Assembly (NCBI GenBank): GCA_966211455.1
Contig: CBIHNI010000009.1
Span: 115,576 to 179,575, forward strand
Direction of reading: 5' to 3'
DNA: 64,000 bases
Source of the DNA: an uncultured Bdellovibrio sp.
Lineage (GTDB): Bacteria > Bdellovibrionota > Bdellovibrionia > Bdellovibrionales > Bdellovibrionaceae
The notes beneath the pieces were generated by a model. It saw only the letters and a program-made list of their open reading frames with translations, was not told the origin of the DNA and made no database searches. The translations under genes and the position numbers were made by a program. This document shows positions 9,574 through 18,575 of this stretch, piece after piece; the first letter of the stretch is position 1, and each line of letters opens with the position of its first letter.

Positions 9574-11016
9574 ATGAAAACTTTAATTCTGACACCCCTG
9601 GCCGAGCGCGAAGTTAACTTTTACCTCGAGACCGCGCAAGCTCTGCAAAAAAGCTCCAAATTGCAGATCGTCTTCGTTTCTTTTTTCCAACCTGGCAATC
9701 AGTTGATCAAAGACAGCGGTTTTCCCGTTTACGACCCCTATCAAGTTCCGGTGCCTCATCAAGATTTGGCGGCATGGATTCCACAAGCCGAAAAAGACTA
9801 TGGCATTGCCTCTTTAGAAAAATTGATCTTGCACGAAAAATTAACCTTTGGAGTCTCGGATCCCGCTCAGGTTTTTCGCAAATTTCAACAGCGCATTCAC
9901 AGCTGCGAACAGATCTTCGAACAGATCGAGAAAGACTTCCCGTCGAGTGAAAAGCAGGTCGTACAAGAGCTTGCCGGTTTCATGAGTCCGTTAGCTCTCT
10001 ACTTTGTCGCCAGGAAAAGAGGCTGGAAGCATTATTTCACCGAGCCTTCTTTCTTTAAGGGACGCATTCACTTTCTTTTGAATGATCTGAACTTACATAT
10101 CCCGCGCATCTCACCCACTGACGATTCACGCCAAGCAGTTAAAGACTATCTAGCTAAAGCCGCAACCACTAAGCTGGTGGTCGCCGCCGCCAAAGACAGC
10201 CACCATTACAAAGACATGGGGCTGGCAAAAGTTTTCAATAGCACAAACCTGAAAAAGATCCTGAAAAAGAATTATCAAAAATATGTCCGCGGCCAAAAGC
10301 AAGAATTCGAATTTTTCTGGAATCACAGCCGCCGTTACATGTCGATGCTGATCAATCGCTATAGAAATACGGGAGCCTACACATCCCTAGACCAATTGCC
10401 TTCAGGACAGAAATACATTTATTTTCCGTTTCACGTGCAATTGGATTTCTCACTGACCATCCGCACGCCCGATTGGCTGGATCAGCTGTCGTTGATTGAA
10501 AAAATCCTGCCGCATTTACCGGACGGCACAGTGCTGCTGGCGAAAGAGCATCCCGCTTCGATTGGTTGCTTGGCACAAGGGAAACTGGAGGCCTTACTGA
10601 AACATCCCCAGTTTCGCCTTTTGCACCCGCAGGTCAATAGTTACGACATTTTGGATCAATGTTATGGTGTCGTCACTATCAACTCGAAGGTTGGAGCCGA
10701 AGCCATTACCAAGGGACTGCCCGTATTTACATTTGGTAACGCCTTTTATACCAATATCGGTTTTGCCGAGCATTTTCAGTCGTGGACGCAGTTTGCCACG
10801 GTGATGGAAAAGTGGCTGCGACCGAATGCCGATGCCGACACTTCGCATGCCAAATGGATCGAGTTCTTAGCGCAGGTTTGGCAAGATAGTTTTGCCACCG
10901 AGCTTTATGATCTGACACCGACCAATGTTGATAAGTTTGCGGGTGCTATCGCTTCTTTGCCGCGACCAAATCGCGAAAAAACTGAAGCGTCCGAGCCCCC
11001 ATCACCAAAACATTGA
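9574..11016 (+). CDS. Capsule polysaccharide biosynthesis protein of the KpsS/KpsC (Capsule_synth, beta-Kdo transferase) family
   Basis: 480 aa. YIYFPFHVQLDFSL...LLAKEHPAS...VVTINSKVGAEAITKGLPVFTFGNAFY matches the pattern of the KpsS/KpsC/LpsZ family. Confidence 0.6.
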   Translation: MKTLILTPLAEREVNFYLETAQALQKSSKLQIVFVSFFQPGNQLIKDSGFPVYDPYQVPVPHQDLAAWIPQAEKDYGIASLEKLILHEKLTFGVSDPAQVFRKFQQRIHSCEQIFEQIEKDFPSSEKQVVQELAGFMSPLALYFVARKRGWKHYFTEPSFFKGRIHFLLNDLNLHIPRISPTDDSRQAVKDYLAKAATTKLVVAAAKDSHHYKDMGLAKVFNSTNLKKILKKNYQKYVRGQKQEFEFFWNHSRRYMSMLINRYRNTGAYTSLDQLPSGQKYIYFPFHVQLDFSLTIRTPDWLDQLSLIEKILPHLPDGTVLLAKEHPASIGCLAQGKLEALLKHPQFRLLHPQVNSYDILDQCYGVVTINSKVGAEAITKGLPVFTFGNAFYTNIGFAEHFQSWTQFATVMEKWLRPNADADTSHAKWIEFLAQVWQDSFATELYDLTPTNVDKFAGAIASLPRPNREKTEASEPPSPKH

Positions 11017-12094
11017 ATTCTTTCATCGCTCGCTGATGGGCGGCGTCGGCGTACTTTTGCAATTGAGCGGGCTGTTGCTGCAAAGACAGAATGGCTTCTT
11101 TAAGTTGCTGCGGGCTTAAAGGTTCGACGACCCTGCCCGTCACTTGATCCAAATTCACGTAGTTTACACCATTCCCGAGATTTGTCGACAGAACGGGCTT
11201 TCCGCACAACATTGCTTCAACTTGTGTGTAGCCAAAGGCTTCGGTACGATCGATCGACGGAAAGCAAAACAGATCGCACGCTTTTAGATACATTTTCAGC
11301 TGTGACATCGATAGTAAACCAATCAGACTTACCCGTGATTGCAATTTATTATCTTCGATAAACTTTTGAAATTCATGAGTCAAAGGACCTTCTCCGCCTA
11401 AAAGCAAAACTGCTTGTGGCAAGTCCTTCATCGCCTCCAGAAGGTAAATAAATCCCTTGTAAGGTACATGCCGACCAAACGAGAACAGCAAAAAACGGCC
11501 CACATATTGTTGCCGAACTTGCTCGGCCCGTTTCTTGATTTCATCATCGATTTGCCAAAGCTTGGGGTCGATACCAAACGGAATCACTTCGATCTTCTTC
11601 TCGATTTGGTCTTGCATCTGTAGCTGCGGACACGAAGGCAGATGATAAGGGGTCGCTACAATCACCCGCGCCACACGTTTCATGAACAATTTCAAAACCG
11701 GCAGGTAGAAAGGTAGAAAAATCTTCTGACGGATGACATCCGAATGCCAGGTCACCACTACCGGAATTTTCCGCGGTAAAAAAAAAGCCGCAAGCATTGC
11801 CAAAGGATCCGGAAAATTCAGATGGATCAAATCATATTTGCGCGTCCAACAAAGCCATAAAGCCCAAAACGGCAAGGTCGGAGAAAAGGGCACCGAAAAC
11901 CAGACGCCCCAAGATGCCACGGCAACCATCCAACCCCTCGCAGCTTTTTCGAATCGGGTTTTCGGCTTTATCGCCGACACCAAAAGATCGACTTCAATTT
12001 CTTTGCGCAGTTCGTGGGTCAACGAGTCCGCATAAAACTGCACGCCACCTTTATGCTCTTTGAAATCGAAGCGACCAAACTGCAGAACGCGCAT
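10946..12094 (-). CDS. GT4-family (GT-B) glycosyltransferase
   Basis: 382 aa. The C-terminal domain carries the E-x7-E motif region FPSIDRTEAFGYTQVEAMLCGKPVLSTNLGNG. The gene follows the PGT after an 8-nt gap. Confidence 0.85.
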   Translation of the reverse strand: MRVLQFGRFDFKEHKGGVQFYADSLTHELRKEIEVDLLVSAIKPKTRFEKAARGWMVAVASWGVWFSVPFSPTLPFWALWLCWTRKYDLIHLNFPDPLAMLAAFFLPRKIPVVVTWHSDVIRQKIFLPFYLPVLKLFMKRVARVIVATPYHLPSCPQLQMQDQIEKKIEVIPFGIDPKLWQIDDEIKKRAEQVRQQYVGRFLLFSFGRHVPYKGFIYLLEAMKDLPQAVLLLGGEGPLTHEFQKFIEDNKLQSRVSLIGLLSMSQLKMYLKACDLFCFPSIDRTEAFGYTQVEAMLCGKPVLSTNLGNGVNYVNLDQVTGRVVEPLSPQQLKEAILSLQQQPAQLQKYADAAHQRAMKEFNVLVMGARTLQFFRDLVAAKKR

Positions 12095-12101
12095 CGCAGG
12101 T

Positions 12102-13451
12102 TTACCTTCCTCGGCCGAACAGAACGACTTGAACCGTCTTTAGAATGACCGAGATGTCCATCCACAAAGAATAGTTTTTGATATAGTACAAATCATACTG
12201 AAGCTTTTGCTTCGCATCTTCGACACTGGCGCCATATGGATAAAGAATTTGCGCCCAACCCGTTAACCCCGGATGTACAAGGTGTCTCATATTATAGAAA
12301 GGCAATTGACCACTAAGGCCCACATTGAATTCGGGACGTTCGGGTCGGGGCCCGACAAAGCTCATCGAGCCATTTAAAATATTAAATAGCTGTGGCAGCT
12401 CATCGATACGGGTTTTCCGAATAAAGTTACCCATCCGGGTGACGCGACTATCATTATGGGCGGCCCACTGCGCACCCTGTTTTTCGGCATCGACACGCAT
12501 CGAGCGAAATTTATAAATCACGAAATCCTGACCGTCTTTGCCTGTACGCACCTGCTTGTAAATCGCCGGCCCCGGCGAATCTAGACGTACCAGAAGCCAC
12601 GTGATCAGCATCAAAGGCCAAGTCAAAAGCAGAAGCCCTGCCGAGACCAAAACATCCATCAGCCGCTTCAGGCGAAGACGAACTGGATTTCCCAAAAGAT
12701 GAAAACCTTCGGTAAATAGAAACCATCGTGATCCTAGGTAATACAAAGGAACTTTATGCCAAATATCTTCGTAGAACTGAATCAAATCGCGGATCTTCAC
12801 ATGGTGAAATCGTGCATACATCAGACGCTCAAGCAATACCGATGGTGCCGACTCTTCAACTGCGACCACGATCGTTGACCATGAGTCCCGCAATGTCCCA
12901 TCCAACTGAGTCCAGTCACCGATGATGTCGGGATGGCGACTGCCCGTTTGGTCTATCAAGAAAGCTGTTTGTCCTTCGAATCGATTGTCTTTCAGATCAC
13001 GCAGAATCTGCTCAAACAAAGTCCCCGAGCACACGAAAAGCCACTTGGCGCGGCGAAAGGATCGATGCACAATCGAAACGATCACCGCACGATAGGAACA
13101 AGAAATCGCTCCGAAAAGAGCGAAAGACCCAACCAAAATTCCTCGACCGAAGATCCCGGTACGATCTTTGGCCACCAGATAGTTGACCGCAACGACAACC
13201 ACCACGCCAACCGTCAGCGCGATCAGCGAGCGCGCCTGCATCCGTCGCAGCGATGTCATATGATCCACATCATAAGCACCAAAGATGTAAAACAGAATCA
13301 CGACAACTGCGCCGATAAACCACAGGCCAAATGCGGTGAAGACTTTCATCGCCTCAACACTTTCGCCACGCAAAATGGTCATCAGATAAACGACGCTGAC
13401 GAAGATTGCCAGATCGAACAGTAGAAGGAAAATTTTCTGTTTACGCTTCAA
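12102..13451 (-). CDS. Polyprenyl-phosphate hexose-1-phosphate transferase (Bac_transf; WbaP/WcaJ-like initiating enzyme), copy 1
   Basis: 449 aa. N-terminal TM segments plus YKFRSMRVDAE, DELPQLFNILNGSMSFVGPRPERPEF and PGLTGWAQI. Confidence 0.9.
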   Translation of the reverse strand: MKRKQKIFLLLFDLAIFVSVVYLMTILRGESVEAMKVFTAFGLWFIGAVVVILFYIFGAYDVDHMTSLRRMQARSLIALTVGVVVVVAVNYLVAKDRTGIFGRGILVGSFALFGAISCSYRAVIVSIVHRSFRRAKWLFVCSGTLFEQILRDLKDNRFEGQTAFLIDQTGSRHPDIIGDWTQLDGTLRDSWSTIVVAVEESAPSVLLERLMYARFHHVKIRDLIQFYEDIWHKVPLYYLGSRWFLFTEGFHLLGNPVRLRLKRLMDVLVSAGLLLLTWPLMLITWLLVRLDSPGPAIYKQVRTGKDGQDFVIYKFRSMRVDAEKQGAQWAAHNDSRVTRMGNFIRKTRIDELPQLFNILNGSMSFVGPRPERPEFNVGLSGQLPFYNMRHLVHPGLTGWAQILYPYGASVEDAKQKLQYDLYYIKNYSLWMDISVILKTVQVVLFGRGR

Positions 13452-13562
13452 GAAGACTCCTGGTCACGGCCATCCTAAGCGAAGCTTGACACTCCCGAAA
13501 GACGCGATGCGTAAGTAATTCAAATTGCACGCCTACGCGACTTCACTCAGTATCCAGGCGTG

Positions 13563-14888
13563 ATGAGAAAGCGAATTCTAATCGTCGTCGACAATCCCTT
13601 GAGAGACCTTGCATCCTGCACCCTTTTAGCGCAGGAGCTGAGCGCTGATCACGATGTTTTCTTGTGCTCGATGAGCCAAGCCCGATTCGAAGCCTTCCGC
13701 GTAAATGCCGACCTGGTGCTGCTCAATTATTTGCGCATCACGAATGTTCCGATGGTGCGAAACCTGATTCGAAGTGGGATTGCTTTCAGTGTGCTGGATA
13801 CCGAAGGCGGCATCTTCGCCAAAATACCTGGCACCAACGAGACGACCTACACCAAAACGATCATTTCCCAGCCCGATATTCGCGCAAAGATCAGTCATTA
13901 CTTCGTCTGGGGCAAAGCCTTGTGGCGGGACCTAAAAAGCCGTGACCTTTACCCTGAACAAGCCTTGCTCTGTTTAGGTACGCCAAGAATGGATTTTTAC
14001 CATCCGTCGTTTGCGCCTTTCTATCTAGATAGCGGTCGATCTCCGGCTCGGCCGATGATTCTGATTAACACCAGTTTTTCTTTGAATAACCCAAAATTTT
14101 CCACTCGGGACAAAGAATCGGCAACCTTGATTGCAAAATTCAATTACCCTGCTGATTTCGTACAGACACTGTTTTCGAATCTGGATCTGGTATTACAAGC
14201 CTATTTATCTTTGACTCGATTTTTAGCCGAATCTCGTCCGGAATTGGATTTTGTTCTGCGGCCTCATCCTTTTGAAGATCTTAAAATTTACGAAGACTTC
14301 TTTCGAGGGCTGGCAAACATCAAGGTCGACTCCAGCGACACAGTGGCTCCTTGGATTTTCCGCAGCCAGGCCTTAATTCATTATGAATGTTCGACAGCCA
14401 TCGAGGCCGGTTTTGCACAAAAGCCGGCCATCAGCTTGGAAAAATTCAAAGATATCAGGCCGAACGAGAATATCGCTAAAATCACGGCCTATGCCTCCTC
14501 GGCGGAAGACGCCTTAAGCCTAATCGATCAAATTGTATCCGGAAAGTACAAGCGCCCGGATCACATTCTGAAAAGCCTGCAGGAAATTGACGAGGAGCTT
14601 TACTTCCGGGTTGATGGTCAAGCCTACCACCGCATTGCCGAGGTCATCCGTCAGTGGCAAAAGCCGCAAAAAACCTGGCTGCAACACGCGTTTCACGGGT
14701 TGTATCTTGGGATTTTCTCGCTGCGCACGTTGCTGAAGAAAGCCGTAAAAGGCCGCCTGGTGCCTTCACAAAAAGCCTTCTCGACTGCCCAGGTGGACGA
14801 TGCGCTTACAAAGCTATCCTTCCTATCGCGCTGCAAAGCCAAGCCCATGGCTCTTTCGACGTCCATTCAGATTTTACCAAAGGCGTAA
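13563..14888 (+). CDS. Hypothetical surface-carbohydrate biosynthesis protein (GT-B-like / capsule-synthesis-like C-terminal half)
   Basis: 441 aa. The VLRPHPFEDL...ALIHYECSTAIEAGFAQKPAISL pattern resembles capsule-synthesis and teichoic-acid-type transferases. No firm family call. A GTG at 13560 is also possible. Confidence 0.35.
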   Translation: MRKRILIVVDNPLRDLASCTLLAQELSADHDVFLCSMSQARFEAFRVNADLVLLNYLRITNVPMVRNLIRSGIAFSVLDTEGGIFAKIPGTNETTYTKTIISQPDIRAKISHYFVWGKALWRDLKSRDLYPEQALLCLGTPRMDFYHPSFAPFYLDSGRSPARPMILINTSFSLNNPKFSTRDKESATLIAKFNYPADFVQTLFSNLDLVLQAYLSLTRFLAESRPELDFVLRPHPFEDLKIYEDFFRGLANIKVDSSDTVAPWIFRSQALIHYECSTAIEAGFAQKPAISLEKFKDIRPNENIAKITAYASSAEDALSLIDQIVSGKYKRPDHILKSLQEIDEELYFRVDGQAYHRIAEVIRQWQKPQKTWLQHAFHGLYLGIFSLRTLLKKAVKGRLVPSQKAFSTAQVDDALTKLSFLSRCKAKPMALSTSIQILPKA

Positions 14889-14933
14889 TTTTCTTCAGAA
14901 AATTATCCTGGGCCGCCTAACCTATCGTGTTAA

Positions 14934-14962
14934 TTAATGCATTGTCCGGTGGCTTGTATACA
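14934..14962 (+). promoter_or_regulatory. Candidate promoter (TTAATG-N17-TATACA) upstream of the pseB-like operon
   Basis: Hexamers at 14934-14939 and 14957-14962. The -10 element lies inside a perfect 10-bp palindrome, TTGTATACAA (14954-14963). A GAGGA Shine-Dalgarno sequence sits at 14981-14985. Confidence 0.3.
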
Positions 14963-14989
14963 ATCGGGCCTTTTGGATTCGAGGATTGT

Positions 14990-16000
14990 ATGTTGAATGG
15001 TAAGAAAATTCTGGTTACCGGTGGCACAGGTTCGTTCGGTAAAAAGTTTATCGAAATGGCATTGCAAAAGTTTCCAGATATCAAACGCCTGGTCATCTAT
15101 TCACGCGATGAGCTTAAGCAATTTGAAATGGCTCAGCTCTATCCCAACGATAAATATCCACAGGTTCGATTCTTCATCGGTGATATTCGTGACGAAGAAC
15201 GTCTAAAACGCGCTTGTGAAGGCATTGACATGATCGTGCATGCGGCAGCCTTAAAACAGGTCCCGGTGGCCGAATACAATCCAATGGAAGCGATCAAGAC
15301 GAACGTTCTCGGTGCCGAAAATGTCGTCAACGCCGCTTTGGATTGTGGCATTCAAAAAGTTGTCGCCCTTTCAACCGACAAAGCTGCAGCTCCGATCAAT
15401 CTATACGGCGCAACGAAGCTTTGTTCCGATAAACTGTTTATCGCCGCCAACAATATGAAAGGCGCACGCAATCTTAGTTTTTCCGTGGTTCGTTACGGGA
15501 ATGTTTTGGGCTCACGTGGCTCTGTAGTTCCGTTTTTCTTGGCGAAAAGAAATTCCGGCATGATTCCGATCACACATCCCGAAATGACTCGTTTCAATAT
15601 CACCCTCGAGCAAGGGGTCGAGATGGTCTTGTACGCTCTGGAAAACTCTTGGGGTGGTGAATTGTACGTGCCAAAAATTCCATCTTACAAAATTTTAGAT
15701 GTAGCGAAAGCCGTAGCTCCGAATTGCCGCACTGAAATTGTCGGTATTCGCCCCGGCGAAAAAATCCACGAAGAAATGATCACCGAAACGGATTCTTTAA
15801 ATACCGTCGACTGCGGTCGCTATTATGTGATCTTACCGGTCGGAAGCTTCAAGCGCGAAGCTGAATGGATGACTCATTTCAAAGCCACGCGCGTGCCGGT
15901 TGGCTTCAAGTACAATTCTGGTTCGAATACTGAATGGCTCAGTGTCGACGAGCTTCGCCAACAGATTGTTCAACACGTTGATCCACAGTTTAAGGCGTAA
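14990..16000 (+). CDS. pseB: UDP-N-acetylglucosamine 4,6-dehydratase (inverting), PseB/WbvB-like
   Basis: 336 aa from the ATG at 14990, which has a GAGGA Shine-Dalgarno sequence; the listed GTG at 14927 was rejected. Motifs: ILVTGGTGSFGKKF, IYSRDELKQFEM, RFFIGDIRDEERL, HAAALKQVP, YGATKLCSDKL, VRYGNVLGSRGSVVPFF. Confidence 0.85.
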   Translation: MLNGKKILVTGGTGSFGKKFIEMALQKFPDIKRLVIYSRDELKQFEMAQLYPNDKYPQVRFFIGDIRDEERLKRACEGIDMIVHAAALKQVPVAEYNPMEAIKTNVLGAENVVNAALDCGIQKVVALSTDKAAAPINLYGATKLCSDKLFIAANNMKGARNLSFSVVRYGNVLGSRGSVVPFFLAKRNSGMIPITHPEMTRFNITLEQGVEMVLYALENSWGGELYVPKIPSYKILDVAKAVAPNCRTEIVGIRPGEKIHEEMITETDSLNTVDCGRYYVILPVGSFKREAEWMTHFKATRVPVGFKYNSGSNTEWLSVDELRQQIVQHVDPQFKA

Positions 16001-16861
16001 ATGGCAACGAAGATTGTCGTCCTCGGAGCCTCTGGGCTTTTAGGAAGCTGGCTGCTTCCCCGACTAAAAGAAGATTCAAAGCTTCAGGTGTGGTCGCAAG
16101 GCCGTACGCAGGGCGACCTTGTTTTCGATCCACGCGATGCCAAATCTTTGCACGAACATTTAGATCGCATTCAACCTGATTTTGTTATCAACCTGATTGC
16201 ACTGACCAACGTGGACCTTTGTCAAACGGAACCGCAAGAAGCTTATCTGGCCAATGCACTGATCCCGCAAAACCTAAATCGATATTTTCAAACGCAACCG
16301 GGACAAGCCATTCAAATTTCGACGGACCATATATATGATGGCCCCCATATCAAAACGGAAGATGACATCACGATTCGAAACGTCTATGCCATGTCAAAAC
16401 TGATGGGCGAGTGGGCCTTAGACCCGAAACGACATATCAGCTTGCGCACCAATTTTTTTGGCAAATCAGTTTCAGAAAAACCAAGCTTTTCGGATTGGAT
16501 TCTAAAAAGCTGGCGACAAAAACAAAAGATCAGCCTTTTTACCGACATGATTTTCACACCAGTTCATTGGTCGGTTATCGAACAAGCCATCCGCCAGATC
16601 CTGCAAACGCCCATCGCGGGCAGTTACAATTTAGGTTCCAGCACCCCGATCAGTAAAGCGGACTTCGCCTTAGCCTTAGCGAAAGCTTTTGCATTGAACA
16701 TCCAAGATCTTTACGAACTTAAGACTAGCACATCGGTTGCCAGTCGCGCCCCTCGGCCTTTCAATATGTCGATGAACAGCCAGCGGTTCATCGATACTTA
16801 TAACTTTGAAATTGGAAGCATTTCCCAGCAAATTGAATTTTTGAAAAAGGAAAATCCATGA
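16001..16861 (+). CDS. RmlD-like NAD(P)H-dependent 4-ketoreductase (SDR)
   Basis: 286 aa. IVVLGASGLLGSWL (Rossmann fold) and YAMSKLMGE (YxxxK). The ATG directly abuts the pseB-like stop. Confidence 0.7.
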   Translation: MATKIVVLGASGLLGSWLLPRLKEDSKLQVWSQGRTQGDLVFDPRDAKSLHEHLDRIQPDFVINLIALTNVDLCQTEPQEAYLANALIPQNLNRYFQTQPGQAIQISTDHIYDGPHIKTEDDITIRNVYAMSKLMGEWALDPKRHISLRTNFFGKSVSEKPSFSDWILKSWRQKQKISLFTDMIFTPVHWSVIEQAIRQILQTPIAGSYNLGSSTPISKADFALALAKAFALNIQDLYELKTSTSVASRAPRPFNMSMNSQRFIDTYNFEIGSISQQIEFLKKENP

Positions 16862-17940
16862 AGACACCCGCTACCGAGATCACGATCGAAGGCTACAAAA
16901 TCGGCCTTCAGCATCCTACATACTTTATTGCCGATGTCGCCGCCAATCATGATGGGGATCTACAACGAGCTAAAGATTTGATTTATCTAGCAAAGGAAAG
17001 TGGCGCGCACGCTGCCAAGTTTCAACATTTCAAAGCTAACACCATCGTTAGCGATTATGGCTTTAAAAATCTTCCGCAAAATAGATCTCATCAGGCCTCA
17101 TGGAACAAAAGCGTCTTCGAAGTATATAAAGACGCAAGCTTGAATCCTGACTGGACGGCAATTCTAAAAGAAACCTGCGATAAGGCCGGCATCACCTTCT
17201 TTACCAGCCCTTATAGTTTTGATCTGGTTGATCTGGTCGATTCTTACGTGCCAGCTTATAAGGTGGGCTCAGGTGACATCACCTGGACGCAAATCATTGA
17301 GCATATGTGTAAAAAAGGAAAGCCCATGCTCCTGGCCTGCGGGGCTTCGAACCAAGAGGAAGTCGATGTCGCGGTCAAAGCCATTTTGAAAAACACATCC
17401 GACATCGTGCTGATGCAGTGTAATACCAATTACACTGCAAGTCTTGAAAACTTTAAGTACATCAATTTGAACGTGCTGAAAACTTTCCGTCAAAAATATC
17501 CCGAAATGATTTTAGGCCTTAGCGATCACACCCCTGGACATACCACCGTTTTGGGTGCGGTTACCTTGGGTGCTCGGGTCGTGGAAAAGCATTTCACCGA
17601 TAATAATGATCGCAACGGACCTGATCACAAATTTGCCATGAATCCCCAATCTTGGCGCGATATGGTCGAGCGCACCCGCGAACTCGAAAATGCTTTGGGT
17701 GATGGGATCAAGGTTGTTGAAGAGAACGAAAAAGAAACCGTCGTTTTGCAAAGACGTTCGGTTCGTACAACTCGTGAATTAGCTGCGGGAACCGTACTGA
17801 AAAATTCGGATCTTGAAGTTCTGCGCCCCGCACCCAAGGACTGCTATCGCCCATTTGAAATGGATCAATTGATTGGAAAAAAAATCAATCGTAGCATTCC
17901 GCATGGCGATTACCTTCGCCGATCGGACGTCGAATCATGA
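16858..17940 (+). CDS. NeuB-family nonulosonic acid synthase with C-terminal SAF domain (PseI/LegI/NeuB-like)
   Basis: 360 aa. FIADVAANHDGDLQRAKDLIYLAKESGAHAAKFQHF, YKVGSGDITW and LGLSDHTPG, plus a SAF-like tail (RRSVRTTRELAAGTVLKNSDLEVLRP). ATGA overlap with the upstream gene. Confidence 0.88.
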   Translation: MKTPATEITIEGYKIGLQHPTYFIADVAANHDGDLQRAKDLIYLAKESGAHAAKFQHFKANTIVSDYGFKNLPQNRSHQASWNKSVFEVYKDASLNPDWTAILKETCDKAGITFFTSPYSFDLVDLVDSYVPAYKVGSGDITWTQIIEHMCKKGKPMLLACGASNQEEVDVAVKAILKNTSDIVLMQCNTNYTASLENFKYINLNVLKTFRQKYPEMILGLSDHTPGHTTVLGAVTLGARVVEKHFTDNNDRNGPDHKFAMNPQSWRDMVERTRELENALGDGIKVVEENEKETVVLQRRSVRTTRELAAGTVLKNSDLEVLRPAPKDCYRPFEMDQLIGKKINRSIPHGDYLRRSDVES

Positions 17941-18575
17941 AGCTTGGCTTTGTCATTCCGGCTTATAACGAAGAAAAGACCATTCATAAGACTGTGCAAG
18001 CCTTGGTCGCGCACGGAATACCAATCGTGGTGAATGATTGCTCGAAGGATCGGACAGCATCACGCGCAGCGGAAGCTGGCGCAACGGTTGTCAATCACAC
18101 GATCAATGGTGGATATGATAAGGCTTTAAATTCGGGTTTTCGCAAGGCCTTAGAGCTAGGACTCACCCACGTGATCACCTTCGATGCTGATGGCCAGCAT
18201 CCGGCCGAATTGATTTCCACCTATCGCACGGCCTTCGATGAAGGCTACGGCATGGTGGTCGGTGTGCGCCCGCAGAAACAAAGATTCTCGGAAAGCTTTT
18301 TTGCTCTCTATACAAGGCTTGCTTACGGCATCTCGGATCCTTTGTGCGGAATGAAGGGTTACGATTTGTCCTATTTTCCCGAGATCGGTTTTTTTGATTC
18401 CTTTGGCTCGACAGGTACCGAGTTGATGCAAAGGTATCTGAAGAAAAAGGTGAAAACCAAACAGGTGCCAATCCCGATCTACCCGCGCGAAGATGAGCCA
18501 CGCTTTGGCAGCGTGATCAAGGGCAACTGGCGCATTCTAAAGTCCCTTTTCAAAAGCTGGGTTTACATTCGATGA
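17937..18575 (+). CDS. Small soluble GT2-family glycosyltransferase-like protein
   Basis: 212 aa. GFVIPAYNEEKTI, VVNDCSKDRT and TFDADGQHP (DxD region). ATGA overlaps at both ends. Confidence 0.65.
   Translation: MKLGFVIPAYNEEKTIHKTVQALVAHGIPIVVNDCSKDRTASRAAEAGATVVNHTINGGYDKALNSGFRKALELGLTHVITFDADGQHPAELISTYRTAFDEGYGMVVGVRPQKQRFSESFFALYTRLAYGISDPLCGMKGYDLSYFPEIGFFDSFGSTGTELMQRYLKKKVKTKQVPIPIYPREDEPRFGSVIKGNWRILKSLFKSWVYIR

Noticed and set aside
12933-13424. 163-aa plus-strand ORF
   Set aside because: It is antisense to PGT copy 1. Its composition is His/Arg/Asn-rich and non-protein-like.
14927-14989. Longer N-terminal extensions offered by the ORF track (14927 GTG for pseB; also 29646, 30554, 42339, 42947, 44067, 46251, 48112, 53553, 55202, 26262)
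   Set aside because: In each case an internal start fits better. It either forms an ATGA, GTGA or TAATG junction with the upstream stop, has a Shine-Dalgarno sequence, restores the canonical family N-terminus (for example MCGILG for AsnB, RILVTGGAGYIGSH for GalE), or avoids a long overlap.
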